Positions 1 to 11,302 of a stretch of 64,000 nt of DNA are shown here, piece after piece; within the stretch, counting starts at the first letter, position 1; each line of letters starts with the position of its first letter. Source of the stretch: Eledone cirrhosa (Eukaryota); contig OZ024763.1 of the NCBI GenBank assembly GCA_964016885.1, forward strand, positions 18,848,001 to 18,912,000, written 5' to 3'. Under the pieces are notes generated by a model. That model saw only the letters and a list, made by a program, of their open reading frames with translations, was not told where the DNA came from and made no database searches. Position numbers and translations under genes: made by a program.

Positions 1-269
1 TCTATATATACTATTGTATTTTCACAGTAGAGGCTTTATCACATAATATCTCACATAACATTTACATTACTCTATATATACTATTATATTTTCACAGTAG
101 AGGCTTTATCACATAATTATTTTACATAATATTGAATCTATGAGATTTTGATATTATTTATTTTGAGTATAATACCTTAACATCAGTATGAGTGACCAGT
201 TGCAGCCGGTTTGAACAGAAAGACGTGAGAGAATTCTGGCCAGATATAGCCGGTTTATATGCTAAAGCG
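1..269 (-). mobile_element. piggyBac-like MITE, partial (same family as 5035-7235 and 63078-63362)
   Basis: Reverse complement begins TTAA-CGCTTTAGCAT..., matching the TTAA-CCCTTTAGCATT terminus and internal sequence of the other copies; ~70-bp internal duplication at 1-130. Confidence 0.7.
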
Positions 270-422
270 TTAAGGTCGTCTTGGTTGAGTACTACTTGGT
301 GTAGGGTCCCACAGGTGGATGTCATGGAGCCAGGGTACACCTAGGTTGAATGTCTGAAGAGAGTTCCCCTGTTTTTGGTTAGTAAAGGTGGACATGTTTA
401 GTGAAAGCCCCTGTACTGTCTG

Positions 423-819
423 GAAAGTTTGTCTCAAGCCATGAGGCTCATTAGGCAAGTGTTTATCCTTGTTTCCGTGACGTGAAGCGACTCAGAGTAC
501 AATACTCTCCCTGGACAGGATGCCAGTCCATCGCAGGGTTAAAGTCTGTCTCAAGCCCAGAGGTTCACCAGGTCGGTGTTTATCCTCGTTTCTGTGGCAT
601 GAAGTGACTGAGCGTACAAGACTTCCCCTGGGCAGGACACCAGTCCATCACATGGTTAAACCCCTAGCTATTACCGGTACTCATTTTCAGCTGAGTATAC
701 TGGAGCAACATGAAATGAAGTGTTTTGCTCAAAAACACAATACACAACCGAGTCCAGGAATTGAACCCATGACATTATGATCGTAAGTCCAACACCCTTA
801 CCACTGGGCCACGTGCCTC
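423..819 (-). mobile_element. tRNA-derived SINE family A with duplicated 3' segment
   Basis: Minus strand has A-box GTGGCCCAGTGG, B-box GGTTCAATTCC and a CCCTGCGATGGACTGG..CCTGTCCAGGG core; further copies at 15427-16400 and 34338-34710. Confidence 0.85.
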
Positions 820-907
820 TGCAGTACTGGGTTGATTTATAAATGGCATAAGATACACACACCCACACCCACACACAACTAGCTTGTGATTGATTTGTTC
901 TTTACAG

Positions 908-1162
908 AATATTTATCCTCTGAAAAAACAACTCGTTTGGGGAACTTAGCTTTGAGGGCCTCACGATTCTTTGAAACCCTCAACTGGAGACGGTACTCCA
1001 AAAAAGATGCAGATTTGAAGCTAAGCCGATTCTCATTGAATTCCCTGCCAAGGAAAATCAACTCCACTACCCCTGACACATCCCCTGATATTCCCAAGTC
1101 CGACAAATTGGTTTCCTTATCCGAACCGAGCTGGCGGGAAGACTCTAAAGTCTTGTGCAAAA
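908..1162 (+). CDS. Internal exon of PH-domain/coiled-coil adaptor gene (AFAP1-like); upstream exons lie outside the window
   Basis: tttacag| acceptor and |gtaagt donor; YLSSEKTTRLGNLALRASRFFETLNWRR...KVLCK; phase-1 end joins the next exon in frame. Confidence 0.8.
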
Positions 1163-1901
1163 GTAAGTATTTTCTGCCTCCTGTGTTACTGTTGTTGTTT
1201 CTGTGAAGCTGGATGTTCAGCATGTGGGTTTACTTCCAGAAACGGGGGGTGAGATGGATGTCCCTTCTCTTTCTTTTCTTTGACATAATCTTTGGTTTTT
1301 TTTTCTTTGCCTGTGTTTTGTTTCTTAACTGGGAGTTTTGTGGTTTCTGTTGGGCTGGGGATGGATGTATTTCTTGGGGGTTCTGCTTCGAGAAAAATCC
1401 TGGAATAGGATGGTAGTGACCCCTTTGCCTTTTCTTTTCTTTGTTTTGTTATTTGGTATTTCTGCCTGTGTCCCCTAAAATGAGGAGAGGTTTGTCGTTT
1501 CTGTGGGGTTGGATGTACTGCATGTGGTTCCATTCTGGGAAACAATCGGAGAAGAGAAATGATAGTCCCTGCTTCCTTATTCTTTGGTGTTTTTGTTTGT
1601 ACCCCTTCTTACATAGTAGTGGCAGGGGTTGTCATTTTTAAGGGGGGTTGGACGTACAGCATGTGACTCCACTTTCAGAAATATAATCAGATGGGTGTGA
1701 GATGGGTGTACCGCTTTCTCTTTTTCTTCCTCATCATCTTGTTCTTCATCAGAAAACCTCACCTAGGCAACAACTACTAAGTAGATGATGTAGAAAGTAT
1801 GCATGGACCCTAGGGGTATGTTTTGGCAGCCCCCAACCCCATATTAATGCATCAATGTCCTTGCAAATTGTTTAATAAAGTTGTCTTGCTTGCATGCCAC
1901 C

Positions 1902-1903
<2 letters not shown>

Positions 1904-1964
<61 letters not shown>

Positions 1965-2026
1965 TAAAATAACAGATTAAAGTTTAAGCAAATATATATA
2001 TATATATACACATATATATATATATA

Positions 2027-2081
<55 letters not shown>

Positions 2082-2084
2082 ATG

Positions 2085-2135
<51 letters not shown>

Positions 2136-2190
2136 GTATCTGTATATATATATATATGTATATATATGTATGTATATACACATATATATA
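1904..2190. repeat. (TA)n microsatellite
   Basis: Direct inspection; contains a 30-bp stub of the element seen at 50416. Confidence 0.95.
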
Positions 2191-2460
2191 TTTAGACTTA
2201 TATTTTCTTTCAATCAAGTACAAGGAGCCATTGTTTTTCTTTCTTTCTCTCTTTCTCCCTTCTTTCTCTTTCTTCTTTTTTTTTCTCTCATCCTTCCTTC
2301 CTTGTCTTTTCCTTCCTCCCTTTCTTCCTCCCTTTCTTCCTCCCTCCCACTCACTCTCCCCCCTCTCACCACCACCACCACTAACAATACCTCTACACTT
2401 AATAAGCCACTAAGCCCTTTCACCCCTGCATGAGACTCAACTGCATGTTTCCCCTGTTGC

Positions 2461-2905
2461 ACCTACACCAGGTATTGAGTACTCTATATAGAGTTCCTAC
2501 TTATCCTGCATGTCATCCCTACACCAGGTATTGAGTACTCTATATAGAGTTCCTACTTATCCTGCATGTCATCCCTACACCAGGTATTGAGTACTCTATA
2601 TAGAGTTCCTACTTATCCTGCATGTCATCCCTACACCAGGTATTGAGTACTCTATATAGAGTTCCTACTTATCCTGCATGTCATCCCTACACCAGGTATT
2701 GAGTACTCTATATAGAGTTCCTAAATATCCTGCATATTTCCCCTACACCAGGTATTGAGTACTCTATATAGAGTTCCTACATATTCTGCATGTTATCCCT
2801 ACACCAGGTATTGAGTACTCTATATAGAGTTCCTACTTATCCTGCATGTCATCCCTACACCAGGTATTGAGTACTCTATATAGAGTTCCTACTTATCCTG
2901 CATGT
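2461..2905. repeat. 56-bp minisatellite, ~8 copies
   Basis: GGTATTGAG recurs at 2471, 2527, 2583 ... 2863. Confidence 0.95.
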
Positions 2906-3064
2906 TTTCCCTGCATCCTTTGTTTATATTGATATTGTTGTTACTGCTGTTGTTGTTACTGTTGTTGTTGTTACTACTATTGTTGTTGTTACTGTTGCTA
3001 TTGTTACTGTTATTGTTGTTACTGTTATTGTTGTTACTGTTGTTGTTAATGCTGTTGTTACTGT

Positions 3065-4003
3065 CTAGGGTGGGTAAAATTCCTGAGATCCATGGACGAG
3101 TTCTCTCCAGCGGTCTCTGTCCCTCATTATCGCTGCCATGTCCTGCGTCTCCAACAGACCAGTGTCTGTCCTTAGGGCATCAACATACGTTAACCTTGGT
3201 CTTCTTCTTCCAGTGTGTCCATACAGGGGCTCCCACAGGAGCACTGAGTGCAATATCAACTCTGGATGTCGGTGAGCATGTCCAGCTAACCTCAGTCTCC
3301 TCTGTGTCACTTTTGAGCTGACTTTTGGGAGGCTCCCATACAGCTCTGAGTCTTTCATCCTCAGTGTATACTGATTAATATTGTGAGCCATCCTCAGCAT
3401 TCTCATGTAGCTCCCATCCACCATCTGAGTGAGTTTCTTGATCAGTGTCCAAGTCTCAGACCCGTACAGCAGCACAGACTCCACTACAGCAATGAAGAGG
3501 CGGATTTTCAGGTCTCTACGAAGGTCCGACTTCCACACCTATCTCAAACTGTGGCACGCCGCCCAGGCTTTGCTCTTCCTCTCAACCACATCATCTTCCG
3601 TATTCCCAATCTTTGCTCCCAAATACAGGAAGTCCTCAACTAATTCTAGCGGCTTCCCGCCTACATTAGTGATCCCCTCTGGCTTCTCAACATTCTCTAC
3701 CAGATACTTAGTCTTAGTCTCATTCATTCTCAGCTCCACACTCATCGACACCGTCTCAACCTCCTGCATCAAATCCTCTGCCTCCTTCACTGTATTTGTC
3801 ACCAAAACTATGTCGTCGGCAAATTCAGCATCCGATACCTTTTTCGCCCTAACTCTCCTGCTCTGAGCCGGTGCTACAGTAAAGCCAGGGTCCTGGTGTT
3901 TCTCCAGTGCAAGGTGCATACAATAGTCCACTACGATGATAAAAAGGTAGGGAGCCAATGTATCTCCCTGGAGTACTCCAGTCGGTATCTCAAAGAACTC
4001 TGT
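3065..4003 (-). mobile_element. 5'-truncated RTE-X/RTE-clade LINE fragment (RT C-terminal half), intronic
   Basis: GVLQGDTLAPYLFIIVVDY, EFADDIVL, FLYLG, VESVLLYGSETW, RRLRLAGH, DRDRWR; premature TAG at 3539-3541; flanked by (GTT)n on both sides. Confidence 0.92.
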
Positions 4004-4680
4004 TGTTACTGTTGTTGTTGTTATTGTTACTGTTGTTGTTGTTATTGTTACTGTTGTTGTTGTTATTGTTACTGTTGTTGTTACTGTTGTTGTTTTTACT
4101 ATTGTTGTTGTTATTGTTGTTATTGTTGTTATTGTTACTGTTGTTGTTACTGTTGTTGTTACTGTTGTTGTTGTTGTTGTTGTTACTGTTGTTACTGTTA
4201 CTGTTGTTGTTGTTACTGTTGTTACTGTTACTGTTGTTGTTGTTACTGTTGTTACTGTTGTTATTGTTGTTGTTGTTGTTACTGTTGTTATTGTTGTTGT
4301 TGTTGTTGTTACTGTTGTTAATGCTGTTATTGTTGTTGTTATTGTTACTGTTGTTGTTACTGTTGTTGTTACTGTTGTTGTTGTTGTTGTTACTGTTGTT
4401 GTTGTTGTTGTTACTGTTGTTAATGCTGTTATTGTTGTTGTTATTGTTACTGTTTTTATTACTGTTGTTGTTACTGTTGTTGTTGTTGTTGTTACTGTTG
4501 ATGTTACTGTTGTTGTTGTTGTTACTATTGTTGTTGTTGTTGTTGTTGTTGTTAGTATTGTTGTTGTTCTCATTATTCTAATTATCATTATTATTTCTAC
4601 TGTTGTTAGTATTGTTGTTGTTGTTGTTGTTACTATTGTTGTTAGTATTGTTAGTGTTCTTATTACTACTACTACTGTTA
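4004..4680. repeat. (GTT)n/(GTTACT) trinucleotide array (also 2930-3064)
   Basis: Direct inspection. Confidence 0.95.
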
Positions 4681-4725
4681 CATCTCTACTAACCAATGTC
4701 ATACCTTTCTCCCCCCCCCCCACAG

Positions 4726-4946
4726 GTTACCTCAATATCTACAGCAGCTTCAATAAACGACGGTGGGGTAAACGCTGGTGCCTTATCAAGATGAATGCCT
4801 TTGAGTGCTACATGAACCAAAAAAGTAACATCTGTGAGCTGAGTTTCCCCCTCGTCGACTGTATTGTGCGCTCAGCCAAGAAGGAGACCAAAAGTGACCT
4901 TGGTCTCATGATTTTGAAAGATGGTATTGAAAAAATCACAGTTGAG
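4726..4946 (+). CDS. Exon encoding PH-domain beta strands (AFAP1-like PH2)
   Basis: cacag| and |gtgaga; SYLNIYSSFNKRRWGKRWCLIKMNAFECY...LSFPLVDCIV...KITVE resembles the AFAP1-family GYLN..RW..RWC pattern. Confidence 0.88.
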
Positions 4947-5030
4947 GTGAGAAAAATATACTGTTTGATAAACCTAATGAATTATAAAAGTGGTTTTGTG
5001 TGGCAGCGGAGGTATGAGTAGGGTTAGGGT

Positions 5031-7097
5031 TTAACCCTTTAGCATTTAAACTGGCTGTATCCGGCCAAAATTCTCTCATCTCTTTCTGTTTAACCCTCTA
5101 GCATTTAAACTGGCTGTATCCGGCCAAAATTCTCTCATCTCTTTCTGTTTAACCCTCTAGCATTTAAACTGGCTGTATCCGGCCAAAATTCTTTCATCTC
5201 TTTCTGTTTAACCCTCTAGCATTTAAACTGGCTGTATCCAGCCAAAATTCTCTCATCTCTTTCTGTTTAACCCTCTAGCATTTAAACTGGCTGTATCCGG
5301 CCAAAATTCTCTCATCTCTTTCTGTTTAACCCTCTAGCATTTAAACTGGCTGTATCCGGCCAAAATTCTCTCATCTCTTTCTGTTTAACCCTCTAGCATT
5401 TAAACTGGCTGTATCTGGCCAAAATTCTCTCATCTCTTTCTGTTTAACCCTCTAGCATTTAAACTGGCTGTATCTGGCCAAAATTCTCTCATCTCTTTCT
5501 GTTTAACCCTCTAGCATTTAAACTGGCTGTATCCAGCCAAAATTCTCTCATCTCTTTCTGTTTAACCCTCTAGCATTTAAACTGGCTGTATCCGGCCAAA
5601 ATTCTCTCATCTCTTTCTGTTTAACCCTCTAGCATTTAAACTGGCTGTATCCGGCCAAAATTCTCTCATCTCTTTCTGTTTAACCCTCTAGCATTTAAAC
5701 TGGCTGTATCCGGCCAAAATTCTCTCATCTCTTTCTGTTTAACCCTCTAGCATTTAAACTGGCTGTATCCGGCCCAAATTCTTTCATATCTTTCTGTTTA
5801 ACCCTCTAGCATTTAAACTGGCTGTATCCGGCCAAAATTCTTTCATATCTTTCTGTTTAACCCTCTAGTATTTAAACTGGCTGTATCCGGCCAAAATTTT
5901 CTCATCTCTTTCTGTTTAACCCTCTAGCATTTAAACTGGCTGTATCCGGCCAAAATTCTCTCATCTCTTTCTGTTTAACCCTCTAGCATTTAAACTGGCT
6001 GTATCCGGCCAAAATTCTTTCATATCTTTCTGTTTAACCCTCTAGCATTTAAACTGGCTGTATCCGGCCAAAATTCTCTCATCTCTTTCTGTTTAACCCT
6101 CTAGCATTTAAACTAGCTGTATCCGGCCAAAATTCTCTCATCTCTTTCTGTTTAACCCTCTAGCATTTAAACTGGCTGTATCCGGCCAAAATTCTCTCAT
6201 CTCTTTCTGTTTAACCCTCTAGCATTTAAACTGGCTGTATCCGGCCAAAATTCTCTCATCTCTTTCTGTTTAACCCTCTAGCATTTAAACTGGCTGTATC
6301 CGGCCAAAATTCTTTCATCTCTTTCTGTTTAACCCTCTAGCATTTAAACTGGCTGTATCCGGCCAAAATTCTCTCATCTCTTTCTGTTTAACCCTCTAGC
6401 ATTTAAACTGGCTGTATCCGGCCAAAATTCTCTCATCTCTTTCTGTTTAACCCTCTAGCATTTAAACTAGCTGTATCCGGCCAAAATTCTCTCATCTCTT
6501 TCTGTTTAACCCTCTAGCATTTAAACTGGCTGTATCCGGCCAAAATTCTTTCATCTCTTTCTGTTTAACCCTCTAGCATTTAAACTGGCTGTATCCGGCC
6601 AAAATTCTCTCATCTCTTTCTGTTTAACCCTCTAGCATTTAAACTGGCTGTATCCGGCCAAAATTCTCTCATCTCTTTCTGTTTAACCCTCTAGCATTTA
6701 AACTAGCTGTATCCGGCCAAAATTCTCTCATCTCTTTCTGTTTAACCCTCTAGCATTTAAACTGGCTGTATCCGGCCAAAATTCTTTCATCTCTTTCTGT
6801 TTAACCCTCTAGCATTTAAACTGGCTGTATCCGGCCAAAATTCTCTCATCTCTTTCTGTTTAACCCTCTAGCATTTAAACTAGCTGTATCCGGCCAAAAT
6901 TCTCTCATCTCTTTCTGTTTAACCCTCTAGCATTTAAACTGGCTGTATCCGGCCAAAATTCTCTCATCTCTTTCTGTTTAACCCTCTAGCATTTAAACTA
7001 GCTGTATCCGGCCAAAATTCTCTCATCTCTTTCTGTTTAACCCTCTAGCATTTAAACTAGCTGTATCCGGCCAAAATTCTCTCATCTCTTTCTGTTC
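5031..7097. repeat. 59-bp minisatellite, ~35 copies
   Basis: Unit TTAACCCTCTAGCATTTAAACTGGCTGTATCCGGCCAAAATTCTCTCATCTCTTTCTGT. Confidence 0.97.
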
Positions 7098-7235
7098 AAA
7101 CCAGTCATACTGACATTAAGGTATTGTTCTCAAAATAAATAATATGTGAGATAATTATGTGAGATAATTACGTAAAGTAAAGCCTTTACCATGAAAGTAC
7201 AATAGTAAATATAGAGTAATGTGAATGCTAAAGGG
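5035..7235 (+). mobile_element. piggyBac-like MITE with tandemly amplified left end
   Basis: TTAA|CCCTTTAGCATT ... AATGCTAAAGGG|TTAA; extra right-end copy ends at 7401. Confidence 0.8.
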
Positions 7236-7410
7236 TTAAATCGACTGTAACTAGCCACTCATACTGATGTTAAGGTATTGTTCTCAAATTAAATAATATC
7301 AAAATCTCATAGATTCGATGTTATGTGAGATAATTATGTGAAGTAAAACCTTTACCACAATAAAACAATAGTAAATATAGAGTAATGTAAATGCTAAAGG
7401 GTTAAATATA

Positions 7411-7570
7411 TACAGGTAAAATTCCGTTATAAAGAATACCATTATGATGAATTTTTTTCAATCCCTGGCCACACGCTCGATGTGTTAGGTCGATCTCGTT
7501 ATAAAGAATTTTTCATTACAACAATATTTTTTTATACTTCGTGAATTTTGTTATAACGGAATTTTACTAT
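7411..7570. mobile_element. Tc1/mariner (pogo/Tigger-type) MITE
   Basis: TIRs GTAAAATTCCGTTATAA / TTATAACGGAATTTTAC with TA flanks. Confidence 0.7.
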
Positions 7571-8176
7571 ACATGTATGTAGAGCACAGAAATGGTGGCT
7601 TTCACTTAATAATTCTTGTGAAACAGATTTAAGTCTGTCTGGGTATCAAAGGCTGTTGCCCGATATAGGTTTGTTATTTTTATTGATTTATTACTTTAAA
7701 TCGAGTCAGGCAAACCATATTATATTAAGTTAGTATTTTTTTCAACCTAGTTAACTTGGTCCTTTGCAGTTGGAACACATGTATAGTTATATCTGTGTTC
7801 ATCTCTCATATATTCAATTATATTATGTTACATGGCTTGGAAAGATTCCATTCTTTGAGCTATTTAATTGTAAAAGACTATTTTGAGTTTCTAACTCAAT
7901 CTATGATATATATATATATATTTATTTAAGTTTGGTGCAAACAGACCTACTTGTGTACTTCGTCGAGGGCTCTACCCAGCATACTTAAGTATTGGTGATT
8001 AACTAACACATACTCTGATTAATTATATATATATATATATTATGTAAGGTAAAGCTTTTACCATGAAAATATAATAGTAAACATAGAGTAATGGGTTAAG
8101 TCGTAAGACTGTGGCCATACTGGAGCATCACTTTGTTTTTATTTAAACTGTATGGTTTTCTTCTTGTCCTTGTCAG

Positions 8177-8341
8177 CCATTGAATGAAGATGAGATGCAA
8201 TGTTGGTTGGCAGTGTTGATGTCTGAGACATCCACAGAGGAAGTTCCACAAGGTTTGGAACAGTACTTTGAAGAGACACCTTATTCCGATATCCCTGTTG
8301 TCAGACAACCCAGTATGAAGAACCCCAAAGGTCTTAATAAA
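8177..8341 (+). CDS. Exon encoding the PH-domain C-terminal helix
   Basis: tgtcag| and |gtaagt; PLNEDEMQCWLAVLMSETST carries the conserved PH Trp (cf. AFAP1 SSEDMGRWIGILLAET); phase 0/0. Confidence 0.88.
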
Positions 8342-8451
8342 GTAAGTATGTCTCTAGTTTGGACAGGATGTGTGTTCAGGCGGTGTGTTACAGCTGGAAA
8401 CCCTTCCTGACACCAACAAACATTTTTAGTCTTTTCTTACAACATGAGAAT

Positions 8452-8793
8452 GATATCATCATCATCATCATTTTACGTCCGCTTTTCCCTGCTTGCAAGG
8501 GTGGGATGGGAACTGATTCTGGCTTGATTTCTACAGCTGGATGCCCTTCCTAACACCAACCTCATTTACAGTGAGTGCTGGGTGCTTTTTTGCCATGGCA
8601 CCTCCACGACCACTTTGTAGTGGAATGATAGGGACCCCAGTCCCTATCATCTCATTTCTACAGATGAGTAAACTGGAGCAATGTGAAATAAAGTGTCTTG
8701 CTCAAGGAAACAACACATGACTCGGTCTGAGAATTGAACTCACAACCTTTCGATTGCAAGGCCAATGCTCTAACCACTAAGCCATATGCCTCC
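8452..8793 (-). mobile_element. tRNA-derived SINE family B with (TGA)n tail
   Basis: A/B boxes, GGTTGGTGTTAGGAAGGGCATCCAGCTGTAGAAA, GACGTAAAATGATGATG tail; near-identical copy at 14458-14852. Confidence 0.85.
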
Positions 8794-8802
8794 ATATATA
8801 TA

Positions 8803-8968
8803 TCCCATATTTCTCCGGCGTCGAAGACGCTACTTTTTTCCTAAAATAAGTCTCAAAAATCTGCCGTGTGTCCCGGAGGCCGAAGGTTGTTTATTATTTT
8901 TTTTCAAATTTTTGGTTGTCAAAATTTGGGTGCATCGAAACATCTTCGATGCCAGGAAATACGGTATA
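8803..8968. mobile_element. pogo/Tigger-type MITE (partial second copy 9180-9250)
   Basis: Imperfect TIRs CC(G/A)TATTTCTCCGGCGTCGAAGACG / CATCTTCGATGCCAGGAAATACGGTA. Confidence 0.6.
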
Positions 8969-9770
8969 TATGACAAAAAAAGAACATTACAAGAAATCCC
9001 ATATTAGGAATGTACACTATACCATCACCGACTACGCCCCCACCATTTATCCCCCCATCCCCGCTTATAAGAATTTAAGTAAATGTCCAACATCTCCCTT
9101 GCTTATTCCAACCCTCTGCCCTATTATTTAGGACCCGAGAATAGATGAATTTCATATATGACATATTATCATAGGCTCAAACTTTTGGTTGTCAAAATTA
9201 GGGTGCATCCTCGAGGATGATGCGTCTTCGGCGCCGAGGAATATGGTACTCTGCTCCTTTACATATACCACTAGATCTACCTCCCCCCAACTCAAGTCCT
9301 CATTACCTGTGTCATTGTAATAATTGTATATTTCTAAAAATAGTTTTTTCAAAGAATCCCTGTTCTTTAAAATCCCTCAAGATATGTTCCGGGCCTTTCT
9401 CAGCATCTGGGGGAATGTACTATTAATCCTTTTTGTGAGAGTTTTTGTTAGTGTCCATGACTAAGACTGCAGAGGAGAATGGACTCAACCGCTGTTTTAA
9501 ATAGCCTCGTTTTTGTGGTTTTCTTGATAGGAGACACACACATCTTTGATAAGGAAGTTGAGAACCCCCTTCCAACCCCACCCCATGCCAAAATATTTGT
9601 TGCTTTTTTTTGTTTGTTTTTTCTCAATTTTTATTTTTGGAGAATAGAATTTTGTTCACTTTGAAAAATAAAAAAAAATATATTTTAGAAAATTAAAGTT
9701 GAAGAAATAATTTTAATTTTTATTTAATTTTAATTTTAATTTTTATTCTTATTCCTGTTTCATATTTCAG

Positions 9771-10659
9771 AAACCTGACGTTGTCGACGGAGCTAAAGAG
9801 ACTGAGAAAGAATGTATTAGCGAAGATGTGGTGGACAATGTGTCGTCTTCGTTATCAGATCAGGTGAGCAAACTTACAGATGGAAGCTCACCTGATCTGA
9901 AGGACGAGCCGCTGCTGATAGCCGACACAGACACGTGTAATCAGGGACAGACGCAAGAGAATGAGGAGGAGATAGTACAGACCAGCAAGGAAGTGTTACT
10001 GTGGAACGTGAACAAGAGAAACTCTGTGAACAACTTGTACAGCCAGGTGGAATACAAGGACAGTTTAGCTGGTTTCTCTGGCAGTGGGACAGACTTTGGT
10101 AGTGTTAGTATCTCTGATGACCTCTCCATCAAGTCTGGTTCCCTTGATTTCAGTCTGAAAAGGAGTTTCTCGGAAAAGCATTACAAGGATGCAAGCAGTT
10201 CGGCGAACTCTTACAGCGAGCTGAACAGCTCCTGCACCCGAATGTCGTCGCATGGCAACCTGGACAAGCTCTCGGCTGCCAACTCCAACGACACCTTCAA
10301 CGACCTGTTCTATTCCTGGAACCACAACAACCGGCGTCGGAGCAGCGAACTGCTCTCCGAGATGGACATCGAGACGCTGATGCGCTCATGGGACGTGAAG
10401 ACGAAGATCTCGATGATCGAGGATAAGAACCAACAGAACAAAGCACATTCCCGGTCGGAAATTCCACAAAAAAATGGCAGTTCCCGTCATGTGACCCCAA
10501 ACAAGAAACCATTCTCTGTAAACTCCATATCTGCTAACATTTTAAATGAATGTGTCTTGAAGAATGACCCCAACACCCCAGCCCTCTGTTCACGGACTAA
10601 AAGTTTAAACAGCGCCCGTATGTCCCGCAATAAATCAACACCAAATGGTTTGTCTAATG
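9771..10659 (+). CDS. Large Ser-rich low-complexity exon of the AFAP1-like gene
   Basis: tttcag| and G|gtaaga; open frame KPDVVDGAKETEKEC...NGLSN; phase 0/1 matches neighbouring exons. Confidence 0.85.
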
Positions 10660-10679
10660 GTAAGAGAGTTTTTAATTAT

Positions 10680-11300
10680 GTCTCTCCTCTCCATCGTCTC
10701 TTTCCACCATCTCACCTCCTCTCTCTCTCATCTCTCTTCCTCTCTCATCTCTCTTCCTCTCTCTCTCATCTCTCTTCCTCTCTCTCATCTCTCCTCCTCT
10801 CTCTCATCTCTCCTGCTCTCTCTCATCTCTCCTGCTCTCTCCTCCTCCTCTCTCCACCATCCCTCCTCTCTCTCCTCCTCCTCTCCCCACCATCCCTCCT
10901 CTCTCTCTCCTCCTCCTCTCTCCACCATCCCTCCTCTCTCTCCTCCTCCTCTCTCCACCATCCCTCTCTCTCTCTCCTCCTCCTCTCTCCACCATCCCTC
11001 CTCCTCCTCTCTCCACCATCCCTCCTCCTCTCTCTCATCTCTCCTCCTCCTCTCTCATCTCTCTTCCTCTCTCTCTCATCTCTCCTCCTCTCTCTCATCT
11101 CTCCTGCTCTCTCTCCTCCTCTCTCCACCATCCCTCCTCTCTCTCCTCCTCCTCTCTCCACCATCCCTCCTCTCTCTCTCCTCTCTCTCTCCTCCTCCTC
11201 TCTCCACCATCCCTCCTCCTCCTCTCTTTCATCTCTCCTCCTCTCAACCATCTCTTCTCCTCTTCATCATTTCTCTTTTCTGTCTCTCTCTCCACACCCC
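10680..11300. repeat. CT-rich polypyrimidine low-complexity tract
   Basis: (CT)n/(CCT)n/CCACCATCC motifs. Confidence 0.9.
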
Positions 11301-11302
11301 AC

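Noticed and set aside
879-1223. 114-aa minus-strand ORF
   Set aside because: Antisense shadow of the + strand exon, which has proper splice sites and phase continuity
5019-5032. TAGGGTTAGGGTT telomere-like motif
   Set aside because: Only two units; expected by chance
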